DNA of 64,000 bases from Candidatus Latescibacterota bacterium. Lineage in GTDB: Bacteria; Latescibacterota; UBA2968; SICM01. The position numbers and the translations under genes were made by a program. The notes beneath the pieces were generated by a model. That model worked only from the letters and a program-made list of their open reading frames with translations, did no database searches and was not told the origin of the DNA. This document shows positions 28,705 to 39,983 of this stretch, in pieces. Position 1 is the first letter of the stretch; each line of letters opens with the position of its first letter. The stretch covers positions 512,001 through 576,000 of the forward strand of contig CBDCJO010000002.1 in NCBI GenBank assembly GCA_965217865.1, in the 5' to 3' direction.

Positions 28705-30090
28705 TTGACCGTTATACGGCATATGCAGCACCAACACAGTGGGAATGTGGAAATGCCATCCGAAGACAGAACAGGCAAGGTCATTCAAGAAACGATGCAG
28801 CGTTACAGCCTCGCTGAGAACCAAGCTTTGGAAAAGGACTTCGCAGGGCGTGACTTACTACCGACCAGAACCACTAAGAAATTGGCCTTTCTCGTTGCCG
28901 CTTACAAGCGCGAAGCCACTATAGATCAGCTGAAGGTAATTAGCGACCAACCTGCCGGCATAGTCCGAGCCCTTAGGCGAGATGGTTTCGAATTTCAAGA
29001 TGATGGTAGGCCGAATCCCAACTACCAGTACACGAATCCAAACGGAGAAACCTGCCGGAAGATTATCGGCTATAGCCCACCATCGCTGCCGCTCCAAAGA
29101 TGGACAAAGGAGCTTGTAGCAAAATCTATCGCTGCCGCGGTCTCTTCAATTGAGATATACAACAAGCCTGACTTCCACTATCGGGAAGAGACATTCTCCC
29201 TTCTTCTTGTCAACGCGTGGGAACTCTTGGCCAAGGCTCGGATATTGCAGAAGAGCGGTGGGAAGCTGAGATCTATTTGCGTCGAGGACGCCAAAGGACA
29301 ACTGAAGAAAGGCCGATCCGGAAATCCGCTAACCCTTGAACTCCTATCTGCTTCGAGAAAACTCGTCGCAGATGAAGACATGGATTTCAAGTGCAAAGCA
29401 AACCTGGACCTGCTGACTGAGATTCGAGACAACGCAGTCCACTTCATTAACAAGGGTCTTGACTTTGCTAAGAGGATCCAAGAGATAGGTGCAGCAGGCC
29501 TTAGAAACTACGTCTCTGCATCCTCAGAATGGTTCGGTATTGATCTTTCCAGGTACAATTTTTATCTAATGCCTATGACCTTCCATCCTCCTGCTGAACT
29601 GGTAAGCTCGGCTCCAAAGCTTAACCACCGTATGCAGAATCTAGTAAACCATCTTCTCGAGGTCGAGGCCAAGTGTCCTCCAGATGAGAACGCGCTGTAT
29701 TCCGTTGCTCTCTCGATCGAAACGAAGTTCACAAGGTCTTCGTCAGTCGCCGCCGTTGACGTTCGGTGGACTAACAAGGAAGACGCTCCCGCTGTTAGGA
29801 TGACAGAGGAAAACAGGATTCAACGGCTGTTTCCTCTGACCCATCGTGATGTTGTCAGCCGTTGCCGCTCGAAATACGGAAACTTTAAACAGAATCAGAG
29901 GTTCAACGACATAATGAAGTCTGTGGAAGATTCAGAGCAGCATGGCGAGAGGTACTGCACGCTCCGGTATCTTGATCCGTTCAACAAGAAGAGCGGTGTG
30001 AAAAAGTACTATAGTCCTGAGATATTCAAAGTATTGAACACGAAATACACGCCGCGCAGACAAGAACCACAGGAGGGGAGAAAGCGCTGA
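28705..30090 (+). CDS. DUF3644-domain protein with an N-terminal extension (putative defence)
   Basis: KSIAAAVSSIEIYNKPDFHYREETFSLLLVNAWELLAKA...IRDNAVHF...YNFYLMPM; true start probably the Met at about 28753. Confidence 0.8.
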   Translation: MTVIRHMQHQHSGNVEMPSEDRTGKVIQETMQRYSLAENQALEKDFAGRDLLPTRTTKKLAFLVAAYKREATIDQLKVISDQPAGIVRALRRDGFEFQDDGRPNPNYQYTNPNGETCRKIIGYSPPSLPLQRWTKELVAKSIAAAVSSIEIYNKPDFHYREETFSLLLVNAWELLAKARILQKSGGKLRSICVEDAKGQLKKGRSGNPLTLELLSASRKLVADEDMDFKCKANLDLLTEIRDNAVHFINKGLDFAKRIQEIGAAGLRNYVSASSEWFGIDLSRYNFYLMPMTFHPPAELVSSAPKLNHRMQNLVNHLLEVEAKCPPDENALYSVALSIETKFTRSSSVAAVDVRWTNKEDAPAVRMTEENRIQRLFPLTHRDVVSRCRSKYGNFKQNQRFNDIMKSVEDSEQHGERYCTLRYLDPFNKKSGVKKYYSPEIFKVLNTKYTPRRQEPQEGRKR

Positions 30091-30258
30091 TCCTTTTGGC
30101 GCCATTGCAAGCAAACCGCAGCCGCGTTGAATCTCATTATTTGAGATGGGTGGCGGGTCAAGTGCCGAAGTCCACCCGCCTTGACGACTTGATGAGCCTT
30201 TCGAAAGGACTATGTACATCCAAACGAAGGCTTCGCATAAACGAGACTCTGCTTTGAC

Positions 30259-31236
30259 ATGATTCACATCCACCGAAGATTCGTTCTACAGCTTGAAGGA
30301 TTTGTCATGGTTGCGGTAGGCCTGTCCGCCGCAGTGATGGCACCGCTTGAATTCTCTCTCTTCAAGGATATCACGAAGGACCTTGTCGGATTCGGCTACC
30401 TTGGCTTTGCGGCGCATTCAGGCCAGATTTTTGGCTTTTATCTGGTTGCCCTTGTGCTTATTCCACTTGGGTACGGTCATCTTCTTCTAAGATCCTGGAC
30501 ACACAAACTCAGCTTAACGGCCCTGTGGTCGTGGCTCATATTAGGTATTCCATGTATGGCATTGGTGATGTACATCTTTGTCGCCTACAAGGATCCCACA
30601 GATTTTGCCACGCTAGTTTTTGGTGCATTTACTCTATTCATTTATCCGGTTCTGCCTTTTGCACTCGTTCTGTTCTATCGTAGTTCAGAGACGCAAGCAC
30701 AGTTTCATAAGCCCACAAACCATCTCACTTGGATTGAGACAGCGCCACAGCCGGTGCTAATCCTTGGCTCAGTCGTGACCTTTTATGTCTTTGCCTTTCA
30801 CTCACCCCTTTTTCTGAACGGGGTTGTTCCGTTTGGATGTGGCTTTCTATCGGGCCTCGGAGGCTACGCCCTCGCAGCTACAGCGATTCTGGGATTGTCA
30901 TTCGTTGCGTTGGGATTGTTCAATCAACGCCGTTGGGCATGGTTCGGTGGGGTTGCATGTTTTACTACGATGGCAGTGGACTTCCCCCTCGCGTTCTTGT
31001 GTTCTAGTTCGACAGGGTTCCTCCGACAGCTTGGCGTGTCGGATTTGGACGAGTCCTTGGTCGAGCTACAATTTCCAAGTGAACAGATCGCACTACTTCT
31101 AGCACTTCCAACAGTGAGCGCTCTGTTTACATTGTTGTTTAACCGTCGATATTTTGATCGGGTTGCGACAAAGGCGGAGCTTTGGATGGGTCTGCTGACC
31201 TTGGTGATTCTTGTTCGCCTTTGGTCTAAAGTCTGA
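30259..31236 (+). CDS. Multi-pass membrane protein of unknown function
   Basis: 325 aa ORF with about 9 hydrophobic segments. Confidence 0.75.
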   Translation: MIHIHRRFVLQLEGFVMVAVGLSAAVMAPLEFSLFKDITKDLVGFGYLGFAAHSGQIFGFYLVALVLIPLGYGHLLLRSWTHKLSLTALWSWLILGIPCMALVMYIFVAYKDPTDFATLVFGAFTLFIYPVLPFALVLFYRSSETQAQFHKPTNHLTWIETAPQPVLILGSVVTFYVFAFHSPLFLNGVVPFGCGFLSGLGGYALAATAILGLSFVALGLFNQRRWAWFGGVACFTTMAVDFPLAFLCSSSTGFLRQLGVSDLDESLVELQFPSEQIALLLALPTVSALFTLLFNRRYFDRVATKAELWMGLLTLVILVRLWSKV

Positions 31237-31434
31237 CTTTAGGGACACTGTATATGCACCAGCGCATAACACCGAGTGCCCGCCTCCGCTTCGCTCCGAA
31301 AAGGACCAATCCGCAAGGCATCATCTATCACGCTTTAGAGGTCCTATGAAAATCGATCAACAACCGAATAAAACCCTGAATTATCCCGAAACCCCTCGCA
31401 AAGATGATGGAGACACTTTGCACGAGGTATACGT

Positions 31435-31620
31435 TGGAGTTACCCCGTTTTGGTGGACGGTTTAGGATTTGGGGTTCAAAGCCCTTCTTTCGTAGTGATC
31501 GGTGAGAGATAATCTATCGCAGAGTGTCGACGATGGGGGTTATAACACCCCTCGATATACGTGAAGATCTCCAGTTTGGCTTCTTTGTGTGTGCCGAAGG
31601 AACGTCTGTCGAGGAGCTCA
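31435..31620 (-). pseudogene. IS3-family right-end remnant
   Basis: ELLDRRSF.T..EAKLEIFTYIEG.YNPHRRHSAIDYLSP; end CCGTCCACCAAAACGGGGTAACTCCA like 48937-48962. Confidence 0.8.
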
Positions 31621-31893
31621 CATTCGAGATTGGCAAAATAGATTCACATATTGCGTTGTCATAACAGGCTCCAGCAGACCCGACCACCCGACCGAAGGGC
31701 CGGCCCCATCGGCCTGCCGCTGACCCGCCGCCGGGTTGGCGAGATCAGTGACAGCGTGATGAAGGCGCGAGCAGAGGAGGTTGCAGGCAGCGCTGATGCA
31801 GCCAGGGATCGATGAAGGGGCGCTCTCGCGGTTTGCCGAGATGGTTTTGGGCCGGGCGGAACGGTGCGCGCTGACGGTTCGGAGGTGATTCGC

Positions 31894-32140
31894 ATGGAAC
31901 CGGACATCGATGATCGTGTCATCTTCCTTAGCGACGGGCTGCCGGCGATTCCCGAGCGCTTGTTGCTGGCGCATGCGCGTGGCGAAGTGCTGTTCATCTG
32001 TGGCGCCGGAATTTCGATGCCGGCAGGTCTGCCGGATTTTCGTGAACTCGTGCTCGGTGTTTATCAAGAGCTCGATAAGGCAGTTCATAGGGTGATCGTG
32101 GGCCTGCCGCATGACGTCTGCAACCAATGGGAAGACAGCT
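31894..32140 (+). pseudogene. SIR2-domain (Dsr1-like) defence protein, N-terminal fragment
   Basis: GLPAIPERLLLAHARGEVLFICGAGISMPAGLPDFRELV. Confidence 0.8.
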
Positions 32141-32360
32141 GCTCAGGTGAGACGCAGCTGCGGTTCTGCTACGAAGCGGGTCCGTGCAGCTACGGTGTCT
32201 ACCGTCAGCTGAAGGCCCTGGGGCATGACTGCACGGTGGTGGCGCCCTCGCTGATCCCCCGCAAGCCGGGCGACCGCATCAAGACCGATCGGCGGGATGC
32301 GCTGGCGCTGGCGCGGCTTTTCCAAAACGGCGAACTGACCCCGGTCTGGGTGCCCGGCAG
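32141..32360 (+). pseudogene. IS110-family transposase fragment
   Basis: LRFCYEAGPCSYG...VVAPSLIPRKPGDRIKTDRRDA; a related scrap (LRFCYEAG) lies near 26120-26180. Confidence 0.85.
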
Positions 32361-32455
32361 GCGGCGTAGAACTCGCCTTATCCACAGATGCCGGTGATTC
32401 GGTAGAGTTATCCTCGCATATACGGGTAACACGTTTTCAGCCCATGACGCCCTAG

Positions 32456-33983
32456 CAGCCTGTTGAAAAAGTGCGTTTATGCCAAGATGACTGTTGTCTT
32501 TCCTTGTGGTTTGGTCCTATGATATATCAGGTTCAAACTGAGAAGGGAGGACGAGCAAATGGCAATGGGAAAACGAGGACGACAGAGACAGGAAAACCTG
32601 TTCATCGCATCGAACACTTTGGTGAAATCTCCGGGTCATCCGTTCTACGAGAAGCTGAATCAGGTATTGGGGGCGAACGGCTTCGACGAGTTCGTCGAAG
32701 GGGCTTTGCCAGCGGTATTACGCTCCTCATATGGGTCGCAAGGGCATTCCGCCCGGGGTTTATTTTCGGATGCTTTTGATTGGGTATTTCGAGGGACTTG
32801 ATTCGGAACGTGGGATCGAATGGCGTGTATCTGACTCGCTGACGTTGCGCCGGTTTTTGGGGTATGCCCTTGACGAACAGACCCCGGATCATTCCAGCCT
32901 GTCTCGCATCCGGCATCGGCTTCCCTTGGAAGTTCACGAAGCGGTTTTCAAGTGGATCCTGAGGGTCTTGTGCAAAGCGGGTCTGGTGAAGGGGAAGACG
33001 TTGGGCGTGGATGCTACGACACTGGAGGCCAACGCCGCGATGCGCAGCATTGTACGCCGTGACACGGGTGAAGGCTACCAGGCATTCCTTGAGAATCTGG
33101 CCAAGGCCTCGGGCATTGAAACGCCTACCCGCGAGGACTTGTCCAAGATCGATAAGAAGCGACCGAAGAAGGGATCGAACCAGGACTGGGAGCACCCGCA
33201 CGACCCGGATGCCAAGATCGCTAAGATGAAGGACGGTCGCACGCACATGGCGCACAAGGTGGAGCACGCGGTGGATCTGGACACCAATGCCATTGTGGCA
33301 GTGGCGTTGTCGGGAGCAGATGAAGGAGATACCGAGTCGTTGTCCTGGACGCTGCTCGAGGCGCAGCTCAATCTCAAGCAGGTCGCGAAGGACGAAAAAG
33401 CTGCCAAACGTTTGCACAGACAGCGTATACGGGAGGTGGTTGCGGACAAAGGATATCATAGCAACGATGTATTGACCAGTCTGAAGCAAGGCGGCATCCG
33501 GAGTTACATTTCAGAACCGGATCGGGGACGCCGCAAGTGGAACGGCCGACGAGATGAGCAGGCCGCGGTATATGCGAATCGACGCCGGATCAAGGGAGAT
33601 CGCGGCAAGGCCTTGCGCCGAAGTCGTGCAGAACGGGTGGAAAGAACCATCGCTCACACATATGATACCGGTGGCATGCGCAGGTTGCACTTGAGAGACC
33701 GCGGCAATATCCTCAAGCGTTTGCTGATCCACATCGGGGGCTGCAACCTGGCTCTGCTCATGCGCAAAGTGATGGGCGTAGGTACTCCGAAGGCCCTCCA
33801 GGACCTGGCCAAGGCCTTGCAGCGTCTACTGCTCGTCCTACAATCACGCTTTGCTGCCCTCGGTCACCTTTTTAACCTCTTATCAGCGTCTCCTGCTCAA
33901 TCTCCTTACCTTGATTTATCCGACCCGCACTCCAGGCGTCTTTTCCGTTTATGTGTGTTGAAAGGTAGTTCTTCAACGGGCTG
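32456..33983 (+). mobile_element. IS1182/IS5-like element, copy 1 (transposase frameshifted near 32700)
   Basis: TIR CAGCCTGTTGAA / TTCAACGGGCTG; CTAG target duplication; GRKGIPP...RMLLIGYFEG..SERG, PDHSSLSR, VDAT..EANA, ADKGY. Confidence 0.9.
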
Positions 33984-35136
33984 CTAGACTGTTTTCTAAA
34001 CCCGATACGATGATGCTGGGAACTCCAGGAGGCTTACTTAGTTGCACTCCTATGTTTGAAATTGCCAAGTAACTGGTTTGTTCCTTTAAGATCTTTCGAC
34101 TAAGTTCCTTGGTCGTCCTGTATTCGGCAACTTTATCGTTGTAGTTGCGCATGCCTGTGTACAGGCTCAAGACGGTGATGGCCTGACGAACCTGCTGGAT
34201 CGATGTAAAGCTGGCGTTTCGGAGCGCTCTCTTCCATAGGATGCTGAACCAGATCTCGACTTCGTTGAGCCAAGAAGCGTGGGTGGGCGTGTAGTAGAGA
34301 TGGACGTTTGGGTGTTTCGGCAACCAGCGGTCGATCTTGGGCTTGTGGGTGTTCAGGTTGTCCAGGATGACGTGAATTTCCTGATCCGGGTAGTCCACTA
34401 CGAGTTCGTTCATAAACCTCAGAAACTGCCGTCGTCTGCGCCGCTTGAAGTGACCGGTTTTGACCAGCCCGGTCGCCACGTTCAGGGCGGCGAACAAGGT
34501 GGTCGTACCGTTGCGTTTATACTCGTGGTTGAAGCCCGTCAGGGCTTTGCCATTGGGCAGTTTGAGCCATCCCTGGGCGCGTTCCAGCGCCTGGATTGCA
34601 GGCTTCTCGTCTACGCAAAGAACTACGGCGTTCTCGGGCGGATCCAGGTACATGCCCACGATGGCGGCGGCCTTTGGGACAAACTCGGGGTCCGTGCTGA
34701 TACACCAGCTCCGGCGTCTGGCCAGAGAGATCTGGTGCTTGCGCAAGATACGCCAGACGTAGTGCTCGGAGATGCCCAGCTTTTCGGCAAGCAACGGACC
34801 CGTCCAGGTGGCGTATCCCTTAGGCGGCGACTTATCCAGGGCCGCCAGGATGCTCTTTTCGGTGGACGGGGTGTATTTAGAAGGTTTGCCGGGACGTGGC
34901 TTGTCCTGTAGTCCCTTCAGTCCAGCCTGGTGGAAGCGGCTCCGCCATTTGCTGACCGTCGCTTCGCGTGTGCCGAGTTCACGCGCGATGTCACGGTTTT
35001 GACCGCCGCGCGCAGCAGACAGAACAATACGTGCTCGCAAAACCAGTCGTTGCTCGGCCTTGCCCGAGCGGGTCCACGTTGAAAGCGTTTCGCGATCCTT
35101 GTCGCTGAGTTCTATAACCGGTGCGATCCTGCCCAT
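33973..35136 (-). CDS. IS630-family transposase; the last ~65 aa are unrelated sequence (right end lost)
   Basis: VLRARIVL, KWRSRF...GLQDKPRPG, CVDEKPAIQALER, YKRNGTTTLFAA, LDNLNTHK, SWLNEVE. Confidence 0.88.
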   Translation of the reverse strand: MGRIAPVIELSDKDRETLSTWTRSGKAEQRLVLRARIVLSAARGGQNRDIARELGTREATVSKWRSRFHQAGLKGLQDKPRPGKPSKYTPSTEKSILAALDKSPPKGYATWTGPLLAEKLGISEHYVWRILRKHQISLARRRSWCISTDPEFVPKAAAIVGMYLDPPENAVVLCVDEKPAIQALERAQGWLKLPNGKALTGFNHEYKRNGTTTLFAALNVATGLVKTGHFKRRRRRQFLRFMNELVVDYPDQEIHVILDNLNTHKPKIDRWLPKHPNVHLYYTPTHASWLNEVEIWFSILWKRALRNASFTSIQQVRQAITVLSLYTGMRNYNDKVAEYRTTKELSRKILKEQTSYLAISNIGVQLSKPPGVPSIIVSGLENSLAAR

Positions 35137-35333
35137 AGCGGTGGTCTCCTCAGAGGGTGTGATCCAAGGGGAGCCAATCTATGGTCAGGAATATAATTAA
35201 TTACGCCTTATTGTGGTGTAGTGCTTTGATTGCTTTCGCATGCATCCTGTCCGTCAGATTAACGGCGGAACGCTTGTCTCCTGTTCCATCTGAGGCGGGA
35301 CAATGCGGTCAGGCTGCTTTATACATTGTCTCA

Positions 35334-37382
35334 CTACTCGACCCCCAGACTCTTGAACGCCGCATCTCGGGGATCGGAGTAGAAGCTGGTCTGAAACTTC
35401 GCGAACAACTCTCCGGGAATGGTCGGGATGTCCCCTACACTGGCCATGGGAAGCAGGATCTTCTTCGCGCCGGCGTCAAACGCTACTTGAAGTGACTCGG
35501 CCAGATTTTCAACTGGAATGATGCTGCCGCCGAGGCTCATGCTCCCCAGCACGACCATTTGTGATTGAACCGGTTTACCGAGGATGCCGGAACAAAGAGC
35601 CACAAATGCTGCAAGCGTCATTGTCGTAGTCGAGCCCGTGTTCTGGAGTTCAACCACATGCAAGTGCAAGTTGTGATCACCGGGTTTTGCCGAGGCACTG
35701 ACCGAAGAGGCGTTGGCTTTGAAATAGTCGAAGCCGACCTTGATACTTTCCTTTGCTGTGGTACTAGACCCCACGCCCGACAGTGTGAACTTGCCGTTTC
35801 CAGCTGTGACCTGTGTCTCGATCCGGTAGACCCCGAGGTGTCCACTGCTAGCGGTTGCGATGGTGTGAAGTACGCCAGGGTTGAGCGGGCCGTCAGGTAT
35901 GAGGGCGCCTCCACCCTGCTCAGGAACGCTGATAAACCGTTCCTCCAGCGTTTCCGGGTCGATGTAGGAAAAGTGGACATCGTAGAATTCCATCCCACCA
36001 ATCTTCTTCAACTGCTCTTTGACCCTTCGCCGCGTCTCAAGGGCGTATTCCAGGCAGCGCCGCACGGCTTCCCTGTCGTACTCTTCGTTGGGGTAGAGAA
36101 GCTTAAGCAGGCCAGAGACGGTGTGCCTGACCGCGATGGTATCCCGTTGATTCAGATCCCGTCCTGGCTTGAAGTATTTGTTGATCGCATCGCCGAAGTT
36201 CCTCTTGCGCATCTCACGGAGGAACGCAGCCAGATAGTCGACTATCAGCCCATACTGGTTAGTGAAAAACTCCGGCCGCATCTTCGGGATCTCCCAGCCT
36301 GGAATATAGGCGTGGAAGCGATCGAAAAATGCGGCGTCGATCATGGCCTCGGGAAACGGCGCAAAGAGATGACTCGTCTTGACCAGCGTGTCTACAGGCT
36401 GATTGATGTTTCCGACGAAGACCATCGACGCATCGGCGTTCACCTGATCACGACCCCGGGCGAATGATCCAGACGCCATATAGTCCTTCATGATCTGGAC
36501 GCCCGCATTGTCCTTGAAGCTGATTCCGGCGACCTCGTCGAAGGCCACTACATCCCACAGCCCGACCAGCCCTACGGTTCGGCTGGCCAAGTTGTAAAAC
36601 AGGTTCGCAACGGTGGTCTGCCCCCCGGAGACAAGGATGCTGTTCGGACTGATTTCCTTGTAGATATGGCTCTTTCCGGTTCCCCTCGGACCCAACTCGC
36701 AGACGTTGTAGTTGTTTTCCACCAGCGGTACAAGACGGCACAGCAGGTGCCACTTCGTACGCTCATCGAACTGCGTCGGCTCATATCCGCAGGAACGCAA
36801 CAACACATCAATCCATTGCGTCTCGGTAAACTGACGCCGCCCGGCGAACAGTTCGTCCATATCCATGTTCGGCATCTGGATTGGATTGAGCACATCGATA
36901 ATGAAAGGCGACCCTTTTTGCCCCTCCTCAAAAAAATAGTGCATCGTAATGATCGACCAGATCCCGCCAGCCAGTAACTTCTCGTATTTTCGGACCGTCT
37001 CCGTACCGATTTCGACGCCCTTCGTTCCCAGGTTCGACAAAAGCGCCTCGTAGACATCCCGTTTTTCATTCAGCTTGACCGTCACCTTATCGATAACCTT
37101 CAAACTACCCCGTTCGCGGATGGTGGATTTTACCTTTTCAGCCTCGTCGGCCCGCACGTAGTTTTCAGTGAGGATCCGCTTCACTGTAGCCAAGCCGTCC
37201 TCGATCACTACCGGGTCATTGGAGGCGCAGTAGTTACCCAGCAGATACTCGAGGACATAGACGGGAACATTCGCGCCTTCCTTGACCAGTTTGGTCAGGT
37301 CCTTGCGCACGACGCGGCCAGCGAATTGCGTATTGAGCAGATCGTCGAGATTGGGATCGGTTGCGGCAGTATCAAAAGTCAT
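35334..37382 (-). CDS. brxL: BREX Lon-like protease BrxL
   Basis: FAGRVVRKDLTK, ANVPVYVLEYLLG, ELGPRGTGKSH, FDEVAGI, KFQTSFYSDP; follows pglZ. Confidence 0.95.
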   Translation of the reverse strand: MTFDTAATDPNLDDLLNTQFAGRVVRKDLTKLVKEGANVPVYVLEYLLGNYCASNDPVVIEDGLATVKRILTENYVRADEAEKVKSTIRERGSLKVIDKVTVKLNEKRDVYEALLSNLGTKGVEIGTETVRKYEKLLAGGIWSIITMHYFFEEGQKGSPFIIDVLNPIQMPNMDMDELFAGRRQFTETQWIDVLLRSCGYEPTQFDERTKWHLLCRLVPLVENNYNVCELGPRGTGKSHIYKEISPNSILVSGGQTTVANLFYNLASRTVGLVGLWDVVAFDEVAGISFKDNAGVQIMKDYMASGSFARGRDQVNADASMVFVGNINQPVDTLVKTSHLFAPFPEAMIDAAFFDRFHAYIPGWEIPKMRPEFFTNQYGLIVDYLAAFLREMRKRNFGDAINKYFKPGRDLNQRDTIAVRHTVSGLLKLLYPNEEYDREAVRRCLEYALETRRRVKEQLKKIGGMEFYDVHFSYIDPETLEERFISVPEQGGGALIPDGPLNPGVLHTIATASSGHLGVYRIETQVTAGNGKFTLSGVGSSTTAKESIKVGFDYFKANASSVSASAKPGDHNLHLHVVELQNTGSTTTMTLAAFVALCSGILGKPVQSQMVVLGSMSLGGSIIPVENLAESLQVAFDAGAKKILLPMASVGDIPTIPGELFAKFQTSFYSDPRDAAFKSLGVE

Positions 37383-39983
37383 CAGTAATGGCTCTGTCGA
37401 TAATTACGTCCAGGCTCTCCTGCTCGATGCCCGTGTCGGCACCCCGGAGAACCAGCCGGTATGGCGTACGTTTATCGTACGGTCTGTCTCGCAGGGTCAG
37501 GATCACAGATTTCTGCCGCTCATCGAGGTTTGAGGACGTACTGTCAAATGTCATCGACCCGATGGTGGTTACGGGCTCATCGCCCTCGTACACGGCGATC
37601 TTGATTGTCACGGCCTTGACCCGCTCGCTCACCGGCTCCATCTGCAACACGTTGAAGCGGTGCTTGGGTGCCGTGATCTTGTGTGTCCTTCCGAGCACTT
37701 GCACCGCGACATGCTTGGACTGGGTTTTCTCGCGGTGGCCCTTGTCCTTGAGATGCTTCACCTTGATGACAGGCACCACAATTTCATGAAGCATCGCGCC
37801 GCCATGAACGAAACGCGCGCCACCGGTGAAATGAAAGCGGTTATTGCCCTTGGGAACCCAGAATTGCATCCCGCCCCCAGCCTCAGCGGTCACGGTCGTA
37901 TTACCCCGCCATGCCTGCTCGTGACGCGGCAGATCGTAGCCCAGGAGGTATCGTTTCTTCGCGATGACCGTGCCGTCTGGCTTGTCCTCCAGCCTGCTCT
38001 TGTCTGGGGCGCCCGGCGCCGTTTCGGTGAACAGAAAACCATGGTCCGCTGTGATCACTACATAATTGCCGTTGAGATTATTGACGACATAGCGGACGAG
38101 ATCGGCCAGTTCCCGGATCGTCTTTCTGACGGCCTCAAACGTATCCCCCCTCGGTGGCGGCTTTGTCGCCGCGTGCGTCAATCTCGTCATGGTAGATGTA
38201 GACGAGACGCTTGCCGGCAATGAACTCCCTGCCTTCTTCCTTCTTCATCGCGAGTAGCTGGTCGGCTTTCACGGCCATGCCGCCCCGAGTGCTCAGGATC
38301 CCGTTGCGTTGTTCGAGAGATGCCGTCGGCTTCCCGTCGGCCAGGACATCACCCTTCTCCGCATATTCGAGTTTCGAGTGCGGCAGGAGGCTCGCCATGC
38401 CCAGGGCGGTATAGGAAGGTAAAACACCCAACTGGGACGACAACTTGGCCTGGACCCGGTAGGTGCCATTCAGATAACCCGTCAGCTCTTCCGCGACTTC
38501 ATACCGCATGGCATCGCTGATAATAACGAAGGCCCGTCGGTTATCGGCTTCGGTCAGCCACGGGCCAACGTGTCGGTCAAAGAAGTGGTATTGGTTCTGC
38601 ACTCCATCGACCGCCCACCTCTCGGGTAGTTCCGCATCCACGAACTTGCCCCAGGCGAGCGCAATGGGGGTGAGGTACCCATTGCAGTAGCAGGCCTCGA
38701 TCTCCTCTCGAAGCGGCTTCAGCATATCCCAGCCCTGTCCGGCGGCCACATCGGCGTTCTCGCAGAAATGACGGTATAGCTGGTCAAAGCGAAACAGCTT
38801 GGATTCGTAATCCTTATACATCGCTGCCATATCAGGGGAGTCGAAGCCCGCCTCATGCGTGTTGCGCAGATGCAGGAGCTGCGCGGCGACCGCTAACGCT
38901 TTGTATACGGCGCGGCGGGCGTTCCGTTGGACCTCGGGCACCGAGCCCGAAGATAGCCAGTGTCCGGCCTGTCTGCGGTCGACGATGCTGCTGACAGCCT
39001 CGAGATCAATCGCATCGGTCGTTGAAGTCACACGGTCCAGCAACCCCTGCACGATACTTTTCTCCACATCAAGAAAAGTCGGCACATCAAGAAGAGCCTC
39101 GACTTCACAACCGTGCAGATGATCCGGTATATGCAGGCGCGCCCCGACCTCATCCGCCAACACGTTGTAGCTGCCACTCTTGCTGCTGCTGTCTCTCCAT
39201 TGGGCCAGGCAGACCACGGCATTCGCAGTGCCGGAACGTGGCAATTGGAGGTGCTGCAGCGCACCGGGCAGTTCCTTCGGAAGATGGTGAGCGTAATCCG
39301 ACACGAGCAGCCGGATAAGTAAATTCTTGCAGGGTTGGGCTATCCTCGCCGTACCCGAAGACGGCCTTGACCATCGCCCAGAAAGGCTCGTCGAGTTCGA
39401 ATCTCTCGATCTGGGCCCAGGCCAGGGGACCGGCTTCGAGATCGGGTGCATCACCCTCGGTCATAGAGTGGAACAAGGTTCGAACGATGTTGAATAACTC
39501 GGGCTGGTCGGCTTTCGCGACGACCGCCAGCATCTTGCGGTCGAGATCGAGTTCCGAGTCTTCGGGAGAGACGAGGCTCGTCAGCTTTTGCAGCCGCTCT
39601 TTGTTATCAAAAAACTTCCGGCGCTTTGCAAGATGCTGGCGAAGATACTGGTGAACCAGGCCGAGTTCCTGCAGGATGATGGAGGAGCGGTCTGCCCGGA
39701 AACTACGACCGTACAACCGCATGTCCAGCAGCCAGTCGTTTTCGTAGTCCGGCTCCTCAGCAGGTGAGTACAGCAGATATCGCCCAGCAGGATCGTCCTG
39801 TTCAATGCGAACCTTTGCTTCGAATGCTCCAACCTCGTCGAGCTTGAGGACCGCTACGCCTTCGAGAGCGATGTCCGGTAGCGATCCGGCGAACTCGCCA
39901 TCCGGGTCGTTCCAGAAGACGATACGAACGTGCTCATCGTCGAACAACTGGCGTAGGGCGGCGGTGATCTGTGCTACATCCAT
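37372..39983 (-). pseudogene. pglZ: BREX-1 PglZ phosphatase-domain gene with two frameshifts
   Basis: RIVFWNDPDGEF, DWLLDMRLY, VIISDAMRYEVA, LPSYTALGMASLLP, YIYHDEIDARGD, TADHGFLF, FVHGG spread over three overlapping ORFs. Confidence 0.92.

Noticed and set aside
31262-31335. attC after the membrane protein gene
   Set aside because: GCATAAC and a partial stem are present but no matching GTTRRRY box; at most a truncated site
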